DNA from: Eubacteriales bacterium
Lineage (GTDB): Bacteria > Bacillota > Clostridia > Lachnospirales > Lachnospiraceae
Assembly: GCA_030526715.1 (NCBI GenBank)
Contig: JAUNCG010000004.1
Coordinates: 4,932-68,931, forward strand
DNA: 64,000 nt
Direction of reading: 5' to 3'
The translations under genes were made by a program, and so were the position numbers. The notes under the pieces are model-generated. The model saw only the letters and a program-made list of their open reading frames with translations, had not been told where the DNA came from and made no database searches. Below, in pieces: positions 38,746 to 48,842 of this stretch (position 1 is the stretch's first letter; the number at the start of each line of letters is the position of its first letter).

Positions 38746-39336
38746 ATGAAAAAGATAGTGACCATCAGCCGTCAGTTCGGAGCAGCCGGAGGAACCATCG
38801 GCTATGAGCTGGCCAGACGGCTTGGCTACGAGTATTATGATAAAGAGCTGGTGCTGATGCTGGCGGCTCGCAGTAACATTGACACCTACAGTCTGCTGAA
38901 GTGGGATGAGCATGTGCCGCTTCATTTTGGATTTGCCCAGACCCTGATGGATTTTTACAATCGTCCCATGAGTGACCGCATCTTTGCGGAGCAGACGGAA
39001 GTCATCCGTCAGGTGGCGGAAAAGGGCGACTGCGTGATCGTCGGAAGAAACGCAAACTCGGTGTTGAAGGAATATGACCACTGTCTGCATGTATTTATTC
39101 ATGCAGATACGGACTGGCGTGTGCGTCATATGAAGGAAAAGAAGATGGCTGAACAGTCGGAGGCTCAGATTCTGGACGAGCTGCGCAAGGTAGATAAGGC
39201 GAGAGCGAAGCACTGCGCCTACCATACCAATACGACCTTCGGAGATGCAAAGCATTATAATCTCTGTCTGGATTCTTCGAGGTTCGGAATCGAAAAAAGT
39301 ATAGACATTATTCAGAACATGCTGGAAGAGATCTAG
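38746..39336 (+). CDS. cytidylate kinase-like family protein
   Basis: 196 aa. The N-terminus IVTISRQFGAAGGTIG is typical of the Cytidylate_kin2 family. Confidence 0.65.
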   Translation: MKKIVTISRQFGAAGGTIGYELARRLGYEYYDKELVLMLAARSNIDTYSLLKWDEHVPLHFGFAQTLMDFYNRPMSDRIFAEQTEVIRQVAEKGDCVIVGRNANSVLKEYDHCLHVFIHADTDWRVRHMKEKKMAEQSEAQILDELRKVDKARAKHCAYHTNTTFGDAKHYNLCLDSSRFGIEKSIDIIQNMLEEI

Positions 39337-39359
39337 TAATCGATATGGAAAAGAAAGAT

Positions 39360-39410
39360 CCTCTGTCCCTGAATGTATTTAAATACATCAGGCGGCAGAG
39401 GATTTTGTAT
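39360..39410. terminator. bidirectional hairpin between convergent genes
   Basis: Outer arms CCTCTG / CAGAGG enclose the 16-nt palindrome ATGTATTTAAATACAT. T-rich runs follow on both strands. Confidence 0.45.
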
Positions 39411-39416
39411 GTTACA

Positions 39417-40277
39417 TCAGATATTATACAGCTTGCGAAACTCTGTGGGCGTGTATCCCGTTTGGAGTTTGAACATACGCAGAAAAGCGGTATGACAGGA
39501 AAAGCCGGAGGCCAGCGCAACATCCAGAATCGGGTAATCCTGACTGATCAGCAGGGTCTTGGCGTAGTCGATACGCTTCTGGTTCAGATATTTGTAGAAA
39601 GAAATATTCATATACTGGCTGAACAGTCGTGAAAAATGATATTTGCTGAAGCCTGACAGGGATGCTATTTGCTCCAGCGTCAGATCCTCGGAAAAATGTT
39701 CATTGATATAATTGCAGACATTAAGGAATTTTTCGTTATATTCCTTTTTGCGGGAGGTACTCCAGTTTTGGTTCTCCTGAAATACGGTGGAGCGGATACG
39801 GGCAATGCTGCCAAGGAGCTCTAAAAACTTTCCGTAAATGAAGGTCGTGCGATAGGGGGAGATGCTCTCGTATTCATCGCAGATCTCCTGTATGAGACGA
39901 CAAAGCATGGCATGCGTTTTGGCATCGTCCTCGGGTGTGACAAGCACTGCCGGGCTGAGCATGGCCGTGATGGTGTCGATCTCACGCAGATCAAAATGTC
40001 CGAACGCCAGCTGAAAGATCAACCGCTCTCCCTCCGGAGGGGCGATGAGCTCATGGAGTACATTGGGACAGATCAGCAGGATATCCTGTTCCTTCAGATG
40101 AAACTCCTGATCCGCGCACAGAACATGGTAGGTACCGGAGATCGGCATGATCAGCTCGAAGGGAGTGTGCCAGTGAGGCGGATAACTCTCAGTCTCTACA
40201 TTTCTATATAATTTCAGGTCACCGGAGGTATCTGTGTAATTTACAGTCTCATGACTACCGGTCAGATTCTCGATCAA
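39417..40277 (-). CDS. AraC-family transcriptional regulator (cupin sensor plus HTH)
   Basis: C-terminal AraC HTH: LTLEQIASLSGFSKYHFSRLF...GFSCHTAFLRMFK. TTG start at 40277, preceded by AAAGGAGGG. Confidence 0.8.
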   Translation of the reverse strand: MIENLTGSHETVNYTDTSGDLKLYRNVETESYPPHWHTPFELIMPISGTYHVLCADQEFHLKEQDILLICPNVLHELIAPPEGERLIFQLAFGHFDLREIDTITAMLSPAVLVTPEDDAKTHAMLCRLIQEICDEYESISPYRTTFIYGKFLELLGSIARIRSTVFQENQNWSTSRKKEYNEKFLNVCNYINEHFSEDLTLEQIASLSGFSKYHFSRLFSQYMNISFYKYLNQKRIDYAKTLLISQDYPILDVALASGFSCHTAFLRMFKLQTGYTPTEFRKLYNI

Positions 40278-40600
40278 TGGAATCCCTCCTTTACAAAATA
40301 CAAATTTGTGCAAATTATTATATTAAAATTATTGCTAAAATCAGCCGTGGTAAAAAGACGAAAAAAGGAGAAAAATACATCCTTTATTTGATTATATATC
40401 ATAAGTAAACGATTGAGAAAAGAGATAAAATCACCAAAAATGAGGTGTAAAATCTGTGAAATGTGTTCAAACGAAGAAAAATAAGGATAAAAAAGAGCAA
40501 TAATTGCAAAATATAAAGCAAGAATTTTAGAGAAAGTTCAGTAGCTATTTGTTATAGTGAGATTACAAAAAACGGCACAAAATAAAAGGAGGATACAACA

Positions 40601-41926
40601 ATGAAAAAGTTAACAATGACACTTGCATGCTCTGCACTGGCAGTTTCCATGATTGGTTCCTTTGCTTCTGCAGACGATAAGACCATCAATGTCTGGTCTT
40701 TTACCGATGAGGTTCCGGGAATGATCGAGAAGTACAAAGAGGCTCATCCGGATTTTGATTATGATATCAATACCACCATCATCGCTACCACAGACGGCGC
40801 TTATCAGCCGGCACTGGATCAGGCGCTTGCAGCAGGCGGAGACGAAGCTCCGGATATCTACTGCGCAGAGTCCGCATTTGTTCTGAAATATACACAGGGC
40901 GATGCAAGCGGATATGCTGCAACATATAAGGATCTCGGCATTGACGTAGATACACTGGTAAAAGACGGCGATATCGCACAGTATACCGTAGATATCGGAA
41001 CTAACGGTGACGGCGAACTGGTTGGTCTCGGATATCAGGCAACCGGCGGTGCATTCATCTACAGAAGATCTATTGCTAAGGACGTTTGGGGAACCGATGA
41101 TCCTGCAGAGATCGAGAAGAAGGTTGGCCCGGGCTGGGATCAGTTCTTCACAGCAGCTGAGGAGCTCAAGGCTAAGGGTTATGGTATCGTATCCGGCGAC
41201 GGTGATATCTGGCACGCAGTAGAGAACAGCTCAGATGAAGGCTGGATCGTAGACGGTATGCTTCACATCGATCCGAAGCGTGAAGAGTTCTTAGATCTCT
41301 CCAAGAAGCTGAAGGATAACGATTATCACAATGATACACAGGATTGGCAGGATGCTTGGTTTGCTGATATGAAGGGCGAAGGCCAGAAGCAGATCTTCGG
41401 TTTCTTCGGACCGGCTTGGCTGATCAACTATACACTGGCTCCGAACTGCGGCGGCGAAGCTGTTGGCGAAGGAACCTACGGTGACTGGGCAGTTTGCACA
41501 CCGCCAATCGGATTCTTCTGGGGCGGCACATGGGTACTTGCTAACAAGGATACCGCTAAGGCAGATGCAGTTGGCGATATCATCGAGTGGATCACTCTGG
41601 ATGCAACAGAGGATGGACTTCAGTATAAGTGGGCTAACGGAACTCTGAACGGCGAAGGCGGCACAAAGGACGCAGTTGCTTCCGGTACCGTAATGTCTAT
41701 CTCTGACGGAACACTTGATTTCCTTGGCGGACAGAACATGTTCGACGCATTCATCCCGGCTAACCAGTTCGCAAACGGTAAGAACCTCACTCAGTATGAT
41801 GAGACCATCAATACCTACTGGAGAGATCAGGTTCGTGAGTACACCGCAGGCAACAAGAGCAGAGACGAAGCTATCGCAGACTTCAAGACAACTGTTTCTG
41901 AGAACCTTGGTATTGAAGCTGAATAA
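40601..41926 (+). CDS. carbohydrate ABC transporter substrate-binding protein
   Basis: 441 aa with a signal peptide. The composition resembles family-1 extracellular solute-binding proteins. It sits upstream of two MalF/MalG-type permease genes. Confidence 0.75.
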   Translation: MKKLTMTLACSALAVSMIGSFASADDKTINVWSFTDEVPGMIEKYKEAHPDFDYDINTTIIATTDGAYQPALDQALAAGGDEAPDIYCAESAFVLKYTQGDASGYAATYKDLGIDVDTLVKDGDIAQYTVDIGTNGDGELVGLGYQATGGAFIYRRSIAKDVWGTDDPAEIEKKVGPGWDQFFTAAEELKAKGYGIVSGDGDIWHAVENSSDEGWIVDGMLHIDPKREEFLDLSKKLKDNDYHNDTQDWQDAWFADMKGEGQKQIFGFFGPAWLINYTLAPNCGGEAVGEGTYGDWAVCTPPIGFFWGGTWVLANKDTAKADAVGDIIEWITLDATEDGLQYKWANGTLNGEGGTKDAVASGTVMSISDGTLDFLGGQNMFDAFIPANQFANGKNLTQYDETINTYWRDQVREYTAGNKSRDEAIADFKTTVSENLGIEAE

Positions 41927-42053
41927 TTAAATTTTGAAGAACCTGAGGGGCGGGCAGTTTCTTGTCTGCCCCATTTCTTTACCACTCGTCAGCAGAATGT
42001 GATCGCATGCGCATTGTGCTGACGGCGTGGTCTGGTTCAAGGGAGGGGAACTG

Positions 42054-43037
42054 ATGAAAAAAAAGAAATTAAATTATGCGAAATGGGGATATATTTTCTG
42101 CGCACCTGCAACGATAGCATTCCTGATATTTTCTCTTTACCCGATATTTTTTACGACCATTTTGGGATTTACGGATTTTAAAGGCATGACAGCGACGACC
42201 TTTCATTTTTTGAAGGAGCCGTTCGCGAATTTTCAGGCAATCCTTAACAGTGAACTCTTCAAAAAAGCATTGGGAAATACGTTTGTGATGTGGATCTGCA
42301 ACTTTATTCCACAGATTCTGCTGGCACTGCTTCTGGCAGCGATGTTCTCCAGAACACACAATAAGCTGAAAGGGCAGGGTGGCTTTAAGGTATTGATGTA
42401 TATGCCGAATATTATCACGGCTGCGACCATCGCGATCCTGTTTAATGCATTCTTCGGATACCCGATGGGACCGATCAATGATATCTTCCAGAAGCTGGGA
42501 TGGTCGGCAGGTCCGGTAGAGTTCCTCAGAAGTAAGACAACGGCTCGCGGAGTGGTTTCCTTTATCCAGTTCTGGATGTGGTATGGCTATACCATGATCG
42601 TATTGCTCTCCGGTATTCTGGGTATCAGCCCGGAGATCTTTGAATCTGCGGAGATCGACGGTGCCAACGGATGGCAGACCTTCTGGCAGATCACGATTCC
42701 GAATATCAAGACGATCCTGCTGTTTACTCTGGTAACCAGTCTGATCGGTGGTCTGCAGATGTTCGATATTCCGAAGCTGTTCCTGCTGGGCGGTCCGGAT
42801 AATGCAACTCTGACGACCAGTGTATTTATTTATAATCAGGCGTTCAGCGGCAGCTATCTTTATAACAGGGCATCGGCAGCCAGTCTGATTATGTTCCTGA
42901 TCATCTGCGTTCTGTCAGCGATCATGTTCTTTATGCTTAGGGATAAGGATGAAGTGGCATTGAATAAATTGATGAAACAGAAAGAAAAAGAATATCGTAA
43001 AGCAATGAAAGAGAAGGCGAAAGGAGGGAACAACTAA
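42054..43037 (+). CDS. carbohydrate ABC transporter permease (MalF-like)
   Basis: Six TM segments and the EAA loop ESAEIDGANGWQTFWQITIP. The ATG follows GGGAGGGG. Confidence 0.85.
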   Translation: MKKKKLNYAKWGYIFCAPATIAFLIFSLYPIFFTTILGFTDFKGMTATTFHFLKEPFANFQAILNSELFKKALGNTFVMWICNFIPQILLALLLAAMFSRTHNKLKGQGGFKVLMYMPNIITAATIAILFNAFFGYPMGPINDIFQKLGWSAGPVEFLRSKTTARGVVSFIQFWMWYGYTMIVLLSGILGISPEIFESAEIDGANGWQTFWQITIPNIKTILLFTLVTSLIGGLQMFDIPKLFLLGGPDNATLTTSVFIYNQAFSGSYLYNRASAASLIMFLIICVLSAIMFFMLRDKDEVALNKLMKQKEKEYRKAMKEKAKGGNN

Positions 43038-43873
43038 TGTCAGGAAGTAGAAAAGCACTCAGAACCGTAGAATATATTGTTTGTATTTTTCTGGTACTCC
43101 TGAGTATCATTCCATTCTGGATTATGATTGTGAACTCTACGAGATCCACCACAGAGATCCAGCAGCATGCAGTTTCCCTGATCCCGTCAGGTTATCTGAT
43201 GAATAATGTGAAGATTCTGCTGGGTAAGAGCTTTAATCCGATGGTCGGATTTATGAATTCTCTTATTATGTCCGGCGGCGCGACGCTTTGCGCTGTATAT
43301 TTCTCTACCATGACGGCTTACGGTCTGGTGGTTTACCGCTGGAAGGCTCGTCAGGCTTACTTTACCGCAGTGATGGCGGTCATGATGATTCCGGGTCAGA
43401 TCACTATGATCGGTTTCTATCAGATGCTGTATCGTCTGCATCTGACCAATCGTCTGTCCATGCTGATCCTTCCGGCGATCGCATCTCCGGCGATGATCTT
43501 CTTCATGAGACAGTATATGATCCCGGCTCTGTCACTGGAGATCGTGCAGTCTGCACGTATCGATGGCGCGGGTGAGTTCCGTATTTTCAATACCATCGCT
43601 CTGCCGATTATGAAGCCGGCGCTGGCAACACAGGCTATTTTCAGCTTCGTGAGTCAGTGGAACCGTCTGTTTGAGCCGTTGGTACTGCTCACTGACAAGA
43701 AGAAATACACTATGCCGATCATGGTCAGCCTGCTTCGAGGCGATATCTACAAGACAGAGTACGGCTCTGTATATATGGGACTGACTTTGACGGTACTTCC
43801 GCTTCTGGTTGTGTACTTCCTGCTTTCGAAGTATATCATTGCAGGTGTGGCACTTGGTAGTGTGAAGGGCTAA
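43037..43873 (+). CDS. carbohydrate ABC transporter permease (MalG-like)
   Basis: EAA loop QSARIDGAGEFRIFNTIALP. The start abuts the stop of the previous gene. Confidence 0.85.
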   Translation: MSGSRKALRTVEYIVCIFLVLLSIIPFWIMIVNSTRSTTEIQQHAVSLIPSGYLMNNVKILLGKSFNPMVGFMNSLIMSGGATLCAVYFSTMTAYGLVVYRWKARQAYFTAVMAVMMIPGQITMIGFYQMLYRLHLTNRLSMLILPAIASPAMIFFMRQYMIPALSLEIVQSARIDGAGEFRIFNTIALPIMKPALATQAIFSFVSQWNRLFEPLVLLTDKKKYTMPIMVSLLRGDIYKTEYGSVYMGLTLTVLPLLVVYFLLSKYIIAGVALGSVKG

Positions 43874-43971
43874 CAGTTCAAGCTGTTACATAATGAAATG
43901 GAAATCAGGGCTCGAAGATTGTGGCAATAACACGAGATTTGAGCCCGATCGTTTTATCAGGGAGATTTGAC

Positions 43972-46071
43972 ATGAATAGAAAAGAGGCAAGAATCAAAGC
44001 ACAGGAGTTGGTATCCCGGATGACCGTGGAGGAAAAGGCTTCTCAGTTAAAATATGATGCGCCGGCCATTCCTAGACTTGGCATTCCGGCGTATAACTGG
44101 TGGAATGAGGCTCTGCACGGAGTGGCAAGAGCCGGTACGGCGACAAGCTATCCGCAGGCCATCGGCATGGCGGCGGTATTTGACAGGGATCTTCAGCAGA
44201 AGACGGCAGATCAGATCGCTACGGAAGCCCGGGCGAAGTATAATGCCTACGCTGCGGAGGAGGACAGAGACATCTACAAGGGACTGACGATGTGGAGCCC
44301 GAATATAAATATCTTCCGTGATCCGAGATGGGGACGCGGTCAGGAGACCTACGGAGAGGATCCGTTTCTGACTAAGGAGCTGGGGAAAGCTTTTGTTCGC
44401 GGTCTGCAGGGTGACGGAGAGTATCTGAAGACTGCGGCATGTGCAAAGCATTTTGCAGTACATTCCGGTCCGGAGGCGGTGCGTCATGAGTTTGATGCGC
44501 AGGCTACTCCAAAGGATATGGAGGAGACATATCTTCCGGCCTTCGAGGCTCTGGTGACGGAGGCGGATGTGGAAGCGGTCATGGGCGCCTACAACCGCAC
44601 CAACGGAGAGCCCTGCTGTGGCAGTAAGACCCTGATCGGGGATATTCTGCGCGGCAAATGGAAATTTGAGGGACATTTTGTCTCCGACTGTTGGGCGATC
44701 CGCGATTTTCATGAACATCATATGGTGACCTCCAATGCGATGGAGTCAGCGGCAATGGCTTTGAAAGAAGGATGTGATCTGAACTGCGGTAACACCTATC
44801 TGTGGATCCTTCGTGCTTATCAGGAAGGACTGGTTACCGAGGAACAGATCACACAAGCAGCCGTGCGTCTGATGACGACCCGCATGTTACTTGGCTTGAT
44901 GGATGGCAGTGAGTATGACCAGATTCCGTATTCAGAAGTGGAGTCTAAGGAGCATCTGCAGCACGCGGAGGATATGGCTCTGAAATCCATCGTATTATTG
45001 AAAAATGACGGTGTATTGCCGCTGGATCGCACAAAGGTGAAGACGATCGGCGTGGTAGGTCCGAATGCAGACAGCCGTCTGTCGCTGATCGGTAATTATC
45101 ACGGTACCTCTTCAGAGTACATTACGCTTCTGGAGGGTGTCCGTAAGGTGGCCGGTGAGGATATCCGTATTCTGTATTCTCAGGGCAGCGATATGCAGAA
45201 GGACAGAGTAGAACCGTTGGCGCTGAGACAGGATCGTATCGCTGAGGCGAAGATCGTTGCAAAGCACAGCGATGTGGTGATCGTTGCAGTTGGTCTGAAT
45301 GAGCAGATGGAAGGTGAAGAAGGTGACACCGGAAATGCATATGCATCCGGCGATAAAAAGGATCTGGCGCTTCCGGAGGCTCAGCAGGAGCTGATCGAGG
45401 CTGTGGCAGCATGCGGTACTCCGGTGATCGTATGCAACTTTACGGGAAGCGCTATGGATTTATCCTATGCTCATGAGCACTGTGCTGCGGTACTGCAGAT
45501 GTGGTATCCGGGCGCAAGAGGTGGATTAAGCGCAGCAAGACTGTTGTTCGGAGAGGTATCACCGTCCGGTAAGCTTCCGGTGACCTTCTACAAGGATCTG
45601 GATCATATGCCGGAGTTTGAGGACTACAGCATGAAGGGCAGAACTTACCGCTATATGGAGGAAGAGGCATTTTATCCCTTTGGATACGGCCTGACCTACG
45701 GAAAGATGGAGACCGAAGCGGTACAGGCAGAGCTTCAGGAGGACAGCGTGGTACTTCACGTTACTGTGGAGAATCGCGGAACGACCGCTACAGAGGATGT
45801 GGCAGAGGTCTATGTGAAGAATCTGGATTCTGTGTATGCACAGGAAAATCACCATCTGTGTGGATTTAAGCGCCTGTACTGTGAAGCAGGAGAGAAGAAG
45901 GAGATAGAGATCACGGTGCCGATGAAGGAGCTGACCGTAGTAACAGAGAACGGCACCCGACTGATGGACGGAAGTCACTATCGTTTCTTCGTAGGATTCC
46001 ATCAGCCGGATCGCCGAAGTGTGGAATTGTCCGGCACGGAGGCTGTTGCAGTGGATGTTACGTTAAATTAA
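43972..46071 (+). CDS. glycoside hydrolase family 3 (beta-glucosidase/beta-xylosidase type)
   Basis: GH3 motifs: MTVEEKASQL, WWNEALHGV, KHFAVHSGPE, FVSDCWAI, plus a C-terminal FnIII-like domain. Confidence 0.85.
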   Translation: MNRKEARIKAQELVSRMTVEEKASQLKYDAPAIPRLGIPAYNWWNEALHGVARAGTATSYPQAIGMAAVFDRDLQQKTADQIATEARAKYNAYAAEEDRDIYKGLTMWSPNINIFRDPRWGRGQETYGEDPFLTKELGKAFVRGLQGDGEYLKTAACAKHFAVHSGPEAVRHEFDAQATPKDMEETYLPAFEALVTEADVEAVMGAYNRTNGEPCCGSKTLIGDILRGKWKFEGHFVSDCWAIRDFHEHHMVTSNAMESAAMALKEGCDLNCGNTYLWILRAYQEGLVTEEQITQAAVRLMTTRMLLGLMDGSEYDQIPYSEVESKEHLQHAEDMALKSIVLLKNDGVLPLDRTKVKTIGVVGPNADSRLSLIGNYHGTSSEYITLLEGVRKVAGEDIRILYSQGSDMQKDRVEPLALRQDRIAEAKIVAKHSDVVIVAVGLNEQMEGEEGDTGNAYASGDKKDLALPEAQQELIEAVAACGTPVIVCNFTGSAMDLSYAHEHCAAVLQMWYPGARGGLSAARLLFGEVSPSGKLPVTFYKDLDHMPEFEDYSMKGRTYRYMEEEAFYPFGYGLTYGKMETEAVQAELQEDSVVLHVTVENRGTTATEDVAEVYVKNLDSVYAQENHHLCGFKRLYCEAGEKKEIEITVPMKELTVVTENGTRLMDGSHYRFFVGFHQPDRRSVELSGTEAVAVDVTLN

Positions 46072-48236
46072 GATATTTCAAATAGTCTTGCCATGACACC
46101 TTCCCCACTCTGTATTCGGAGTGTGCGGGAGGTGTTTTTATATGTCCAGATACTATCTGAGCTGGAGGGATAGATACAGCGCACGGTTGAAGGAGTATCA
46201 CAGTCGGCATCTGAGTCTGCGGTATTGCTCCGGCTCGGTAGGGCAAATTCCGGGATTTCCACGCACAGAGAGGAAGGCTGTTCTATGCATTTCCACACAG
46301 CGAGGTAGGCTTTCCCGGAGGTATACAGTCCGAGAGCGACCCAGCTATCGCTGTAGGAAGCGAGCCCAAGCGGCCAGAAAGGACGCGCTGCTTTAATATC
46401 GTTGCGGATCTGCTTATATACAGAGATCCCTTCCTTGACCAATGCTTTTCTTGTGTCATCCAGTTTGGCGAGATGTCCGCTCTGGTGGATGCGCAGAAGG
46501 ATAGCGTTTACCATATTGAAGATGGTTTCTTCTCGCAGAGCCTGCTCTGATTCGGTACCCTCGTGATTCATGGGGTAAGACCATACAGCAGCCTGTTCGG
46601 GAGTGACACCGGTAGGCGCGTTAGCGGCAATAACGGGATATTTCCGATAGTCCTCCAGATCACTGGTAGACTGGATGCTGAGCCGGGAGAGCATAGCGTA
46701 GTCCATACGAAGACCGCCGCTAGAGCAGTTTTCCAGTATCAGCTCCGGATGGCGCTGCCACAGGCCATCGAGCCAAGCAAGATAAGCACGCTCGTGCTGC
46801 AGCATACCATCTCCCGGACTGTCGGCATTTACCTCGGTGCCGATCCCCGGTTCAATATTATAATCCGTCTTGATATATCCGACGCCGTATTCTGTAACCA
46901 GTCGGTCAATCACGCCATCCATATAGGCGCGAACCTCGGGATTGCGATAGTCGAGCTGAAAACGGCTGCGGTCATAGACCGGTTTGCCGTGATGAAGGAA
47001 AAACCATTCCTTCGGTACCTCGGCAGCCTTTTTACAATGAATCCCCATCACCTCCGGTTCCAGCCAGACTCCGGGGATCATTCCTTTTTCGCGTATATAA
47101 TCTGTGACACGCTTTAGGCCTTCGGGGAAACGGGCGCGGCTTTCCCGCCATTCCCCCACGCTGTCCCACCAGTCTCCGTCGGCATACCAGCCGGCATCGA
47201 TCACAAAATATTCGCAGCCGGTCTCAGCGGCAGCGTCGATCAGAGGATACTCTGCCTCTGCCGTGGGAGCGCCCCAGAGACAATTCATGTAATCATTGAA
47301 AATCACAGGCAGCTTTTCGTTGTCTTCATTTTTTCTTCGCAGGATCCGTCGATAATCCGTCAAAGTCCCCATGGCATCATCGAGACCGGAGGCAGTGACG
47401 CCGACGGCTGCAGGAACCGTGGTGAAAACATCACCGGGCTTTAAATGCTTAAACCAGTGAGAATACAGCTCGTTCGGACCGCCTAGAGCAAGGTAGAGAT
47501 GGCCATACTGGCTGGCGATCTCCCAGTGCCACGAACCGTTGTGCTCAATCTGCCAGAACAGTCCGTTGCCGGTTTCGGTATTCTCCAGAAATCCCATGGG
47601 GAGGAATTCCTTGGTAGACCAGTTGCCGGTATTGGATACCCGCAGAGAGGAGGAGGAACGCTGACAATCGCAGGATTGCACCAGCTCCTGTCCGAGCTCC
47701 GGCAGAGTATAGCGCTTCCAGTTGAGTTCCCGCTGCCAGCTGTTGTGGGGAACCCAGATCTGCAATTTTTCATCCTGCGGAAGAACGCCTTCCTTCTCGA
47801 TCCCTTCATAATGAAAATTTGAAATATATTCCAGCGTCTGCGTTTCACGACCATCATTGCGCACTTCATGCCAAAAACGAATGAGCGGCAGGCCGTCAAA
47901 AAACTGTAGATGAGAAGATACCTGTACATTGGTCTGATCGTCGAGAAGAAGAAACGTCAGATGGCGTCCGTGCTCATTGCGTTCGTCCGAAAGAGAGACA
48001 TACTTCATGCGATAGCCCGGAGAGGTTATGACGAATTTGTTGCCATGGCGCTCGTAGGGACGATCAAATCCGGAGAGCTGCATTCCGAGAAATGGAAAGC
48101 CATGCTGCAGAGCATCTCCGGTGGGGTCATCACCGCACGGAGGCAGCGCAGAAAAATGCAGGAGCTTGAGGATGTTTTCTTTTGTAATTCCGAAGCGGAG
48201 GTAGATACCGTTTTCATGAATATCGATGGTTTTCAT
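46068..48236 (-). CDS. alpha-galactosidase, glycoside hydrolase family 36
   Basis: GH36 motifs: FVIDAGWY, YIKTDYN, ENCSSGGLRMD. The start is at the MKTIDIHENG ATG. Confidence 0.85.
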   Translation of the reverse strand: MKTIDIHENGIYLRFGITKENILKLLHFSALPPCGDDPTGDALQHGFPFLGMQLSGFDRPYERHGNKFVITSPGYRMKYVSLSDERNEHGRHLTFLLLDDQTNVQVSSHLQFFDGLPLIRFWHEVRNDGRETQTLEYISNFHYEGIEKEGVLPQDEKLQIWVPHNSWQRELNWKRYTLPELGQELVQSCDCQRSSSSLRVSNTGNWSTKEFLPMGFLENTETGNGLFWQIEHNGSWHWEIASQYGHLYLALGGPNELYSHWFKHLKPGDVFTTVPAAVGVTASGLDDAMGTLTDYRRILRRKNEDNEKLPVIFNDYMNCLWGAPTAEAEYPLIDAAAETGCEYFVIDAGWYADGDWWDSVGEWRESRARFPEGLKRVTDYIREKGMIPGVWLEPEVMGIHCKKAAEVPKEWFFLHHGKPVYDRSRFQLDYRNPEVRAYMDGVIDRLVTEYGVGYIKTDYNIEPGIGTEVNADSPGDGMLQHERAYLAWLDGLWQRHPELILENCSSGGLRMDYAMLSRLSIQSTSDLEDYRKYPVIAANAPTGVTPEQAAVWSYPMNHEGTESEQALREETIFNMVNAILLRIHQSGHLAKLDDTRKALVKEGISVYKQIRNDIKAARPFWPLGLASYSDSWVALGLYTSGKAYLAVWKCIEQPSSLCVEIPEFALPSRSNTADSDADCDTPSTVRCIYPSSSDSIWTYKNTSRTLRIQSGEGVMARLFEIS

Positions 48237-48370
48237 AGGGAACTCCTTTCCTGAATAAGTATGTATATATAGTAACACATTTTGGGGGCTAGATATGTAT
48301 AAGTTTGATAAATTTGCAAAGCTTTAGATTTCCGAACAATCGCATGCTCCTCCAATTTCAATATTATATA

Positions 48371-48399
48371 TTGACAAGTATGATCAAGCAGTGTATATT
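48371..48399 (+). promoter_or_regulatory. sigma-A-type promoter for the gntR-ABC operon
   Basis: TTGACA (48371-48376), 17-nt spacer, TATATT (48394-48399). Confidence 0.5.
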
Positions 48400-48425
48400 T
48401 AGTGTACTAACACAAATAATACACT
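48390..48425 (+). promoter_or_regulatory. candidate GntR/YtrA operator: three AGTGTA half-sites
   Basis: AGTGTA at 48390 (overlapping the -10), AGTGTA at 48401 (11 nt later), and the inverted copy TACACT at 48420. Confidence 0.4.
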
Positions 48426-48470
48426 AGATACGATACAGAGTTGTTTTGAAAAATCAGAAAGGAGGCAGCA

Positions 48471-48842
48471 ATGATCATCATTGATTATAAGGATCGACGT
48501 CCCATCTATGAACAGATCGTGGAGAAGTTTCAGATGCTGATTGCCAAGGGGATTCTGGAGCCGGATAGTCAGATGCCGTCGGTGCGGAAGCAGGCGACGG
48601 ATCTGGCGATCAATCCGAATACGATCCAGAAGGCCTATACCATACTGGAGCAGAGCGGATACATCTATCCGGTGAAGGGAAGAGGAAACTTTGTCACCGG
48701 CGGTGAGCATCTGGCGAAGCAGAAGCAGGATGCGTTTCTGAAGGATTTTGAGGATTCTCTGGGGCAGGCATGGGAGCTTGGCGTATCGGCAAAGGAGCTG
48801 CACGAGCGGATCCGTAAGGTCTATAAGGAGGGAGAGGTATGA
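48471..48842 (+). CDS. GntR-family (YtrA-subfamily) transcriptional regulator
   Basis: 123 aa: PIYEQIVEKFQMLIAKGIL..D.QMPSVRKQATDLAINPNTIQKAY..LE. A short C-terminus is typical of the YtrA type. Confidence 0.85.
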   Translation: MIIIDYKDRRPIYEQIVEKFQMLIAKGILEPDSQMPSVRKQATDLAINPNTIQKAYTILEQSGYIYPVKGRGNFVTGGEHLAKQKQDAFLKDFEDSLGQAWELGVSAKELHERIRKVYKEGEV

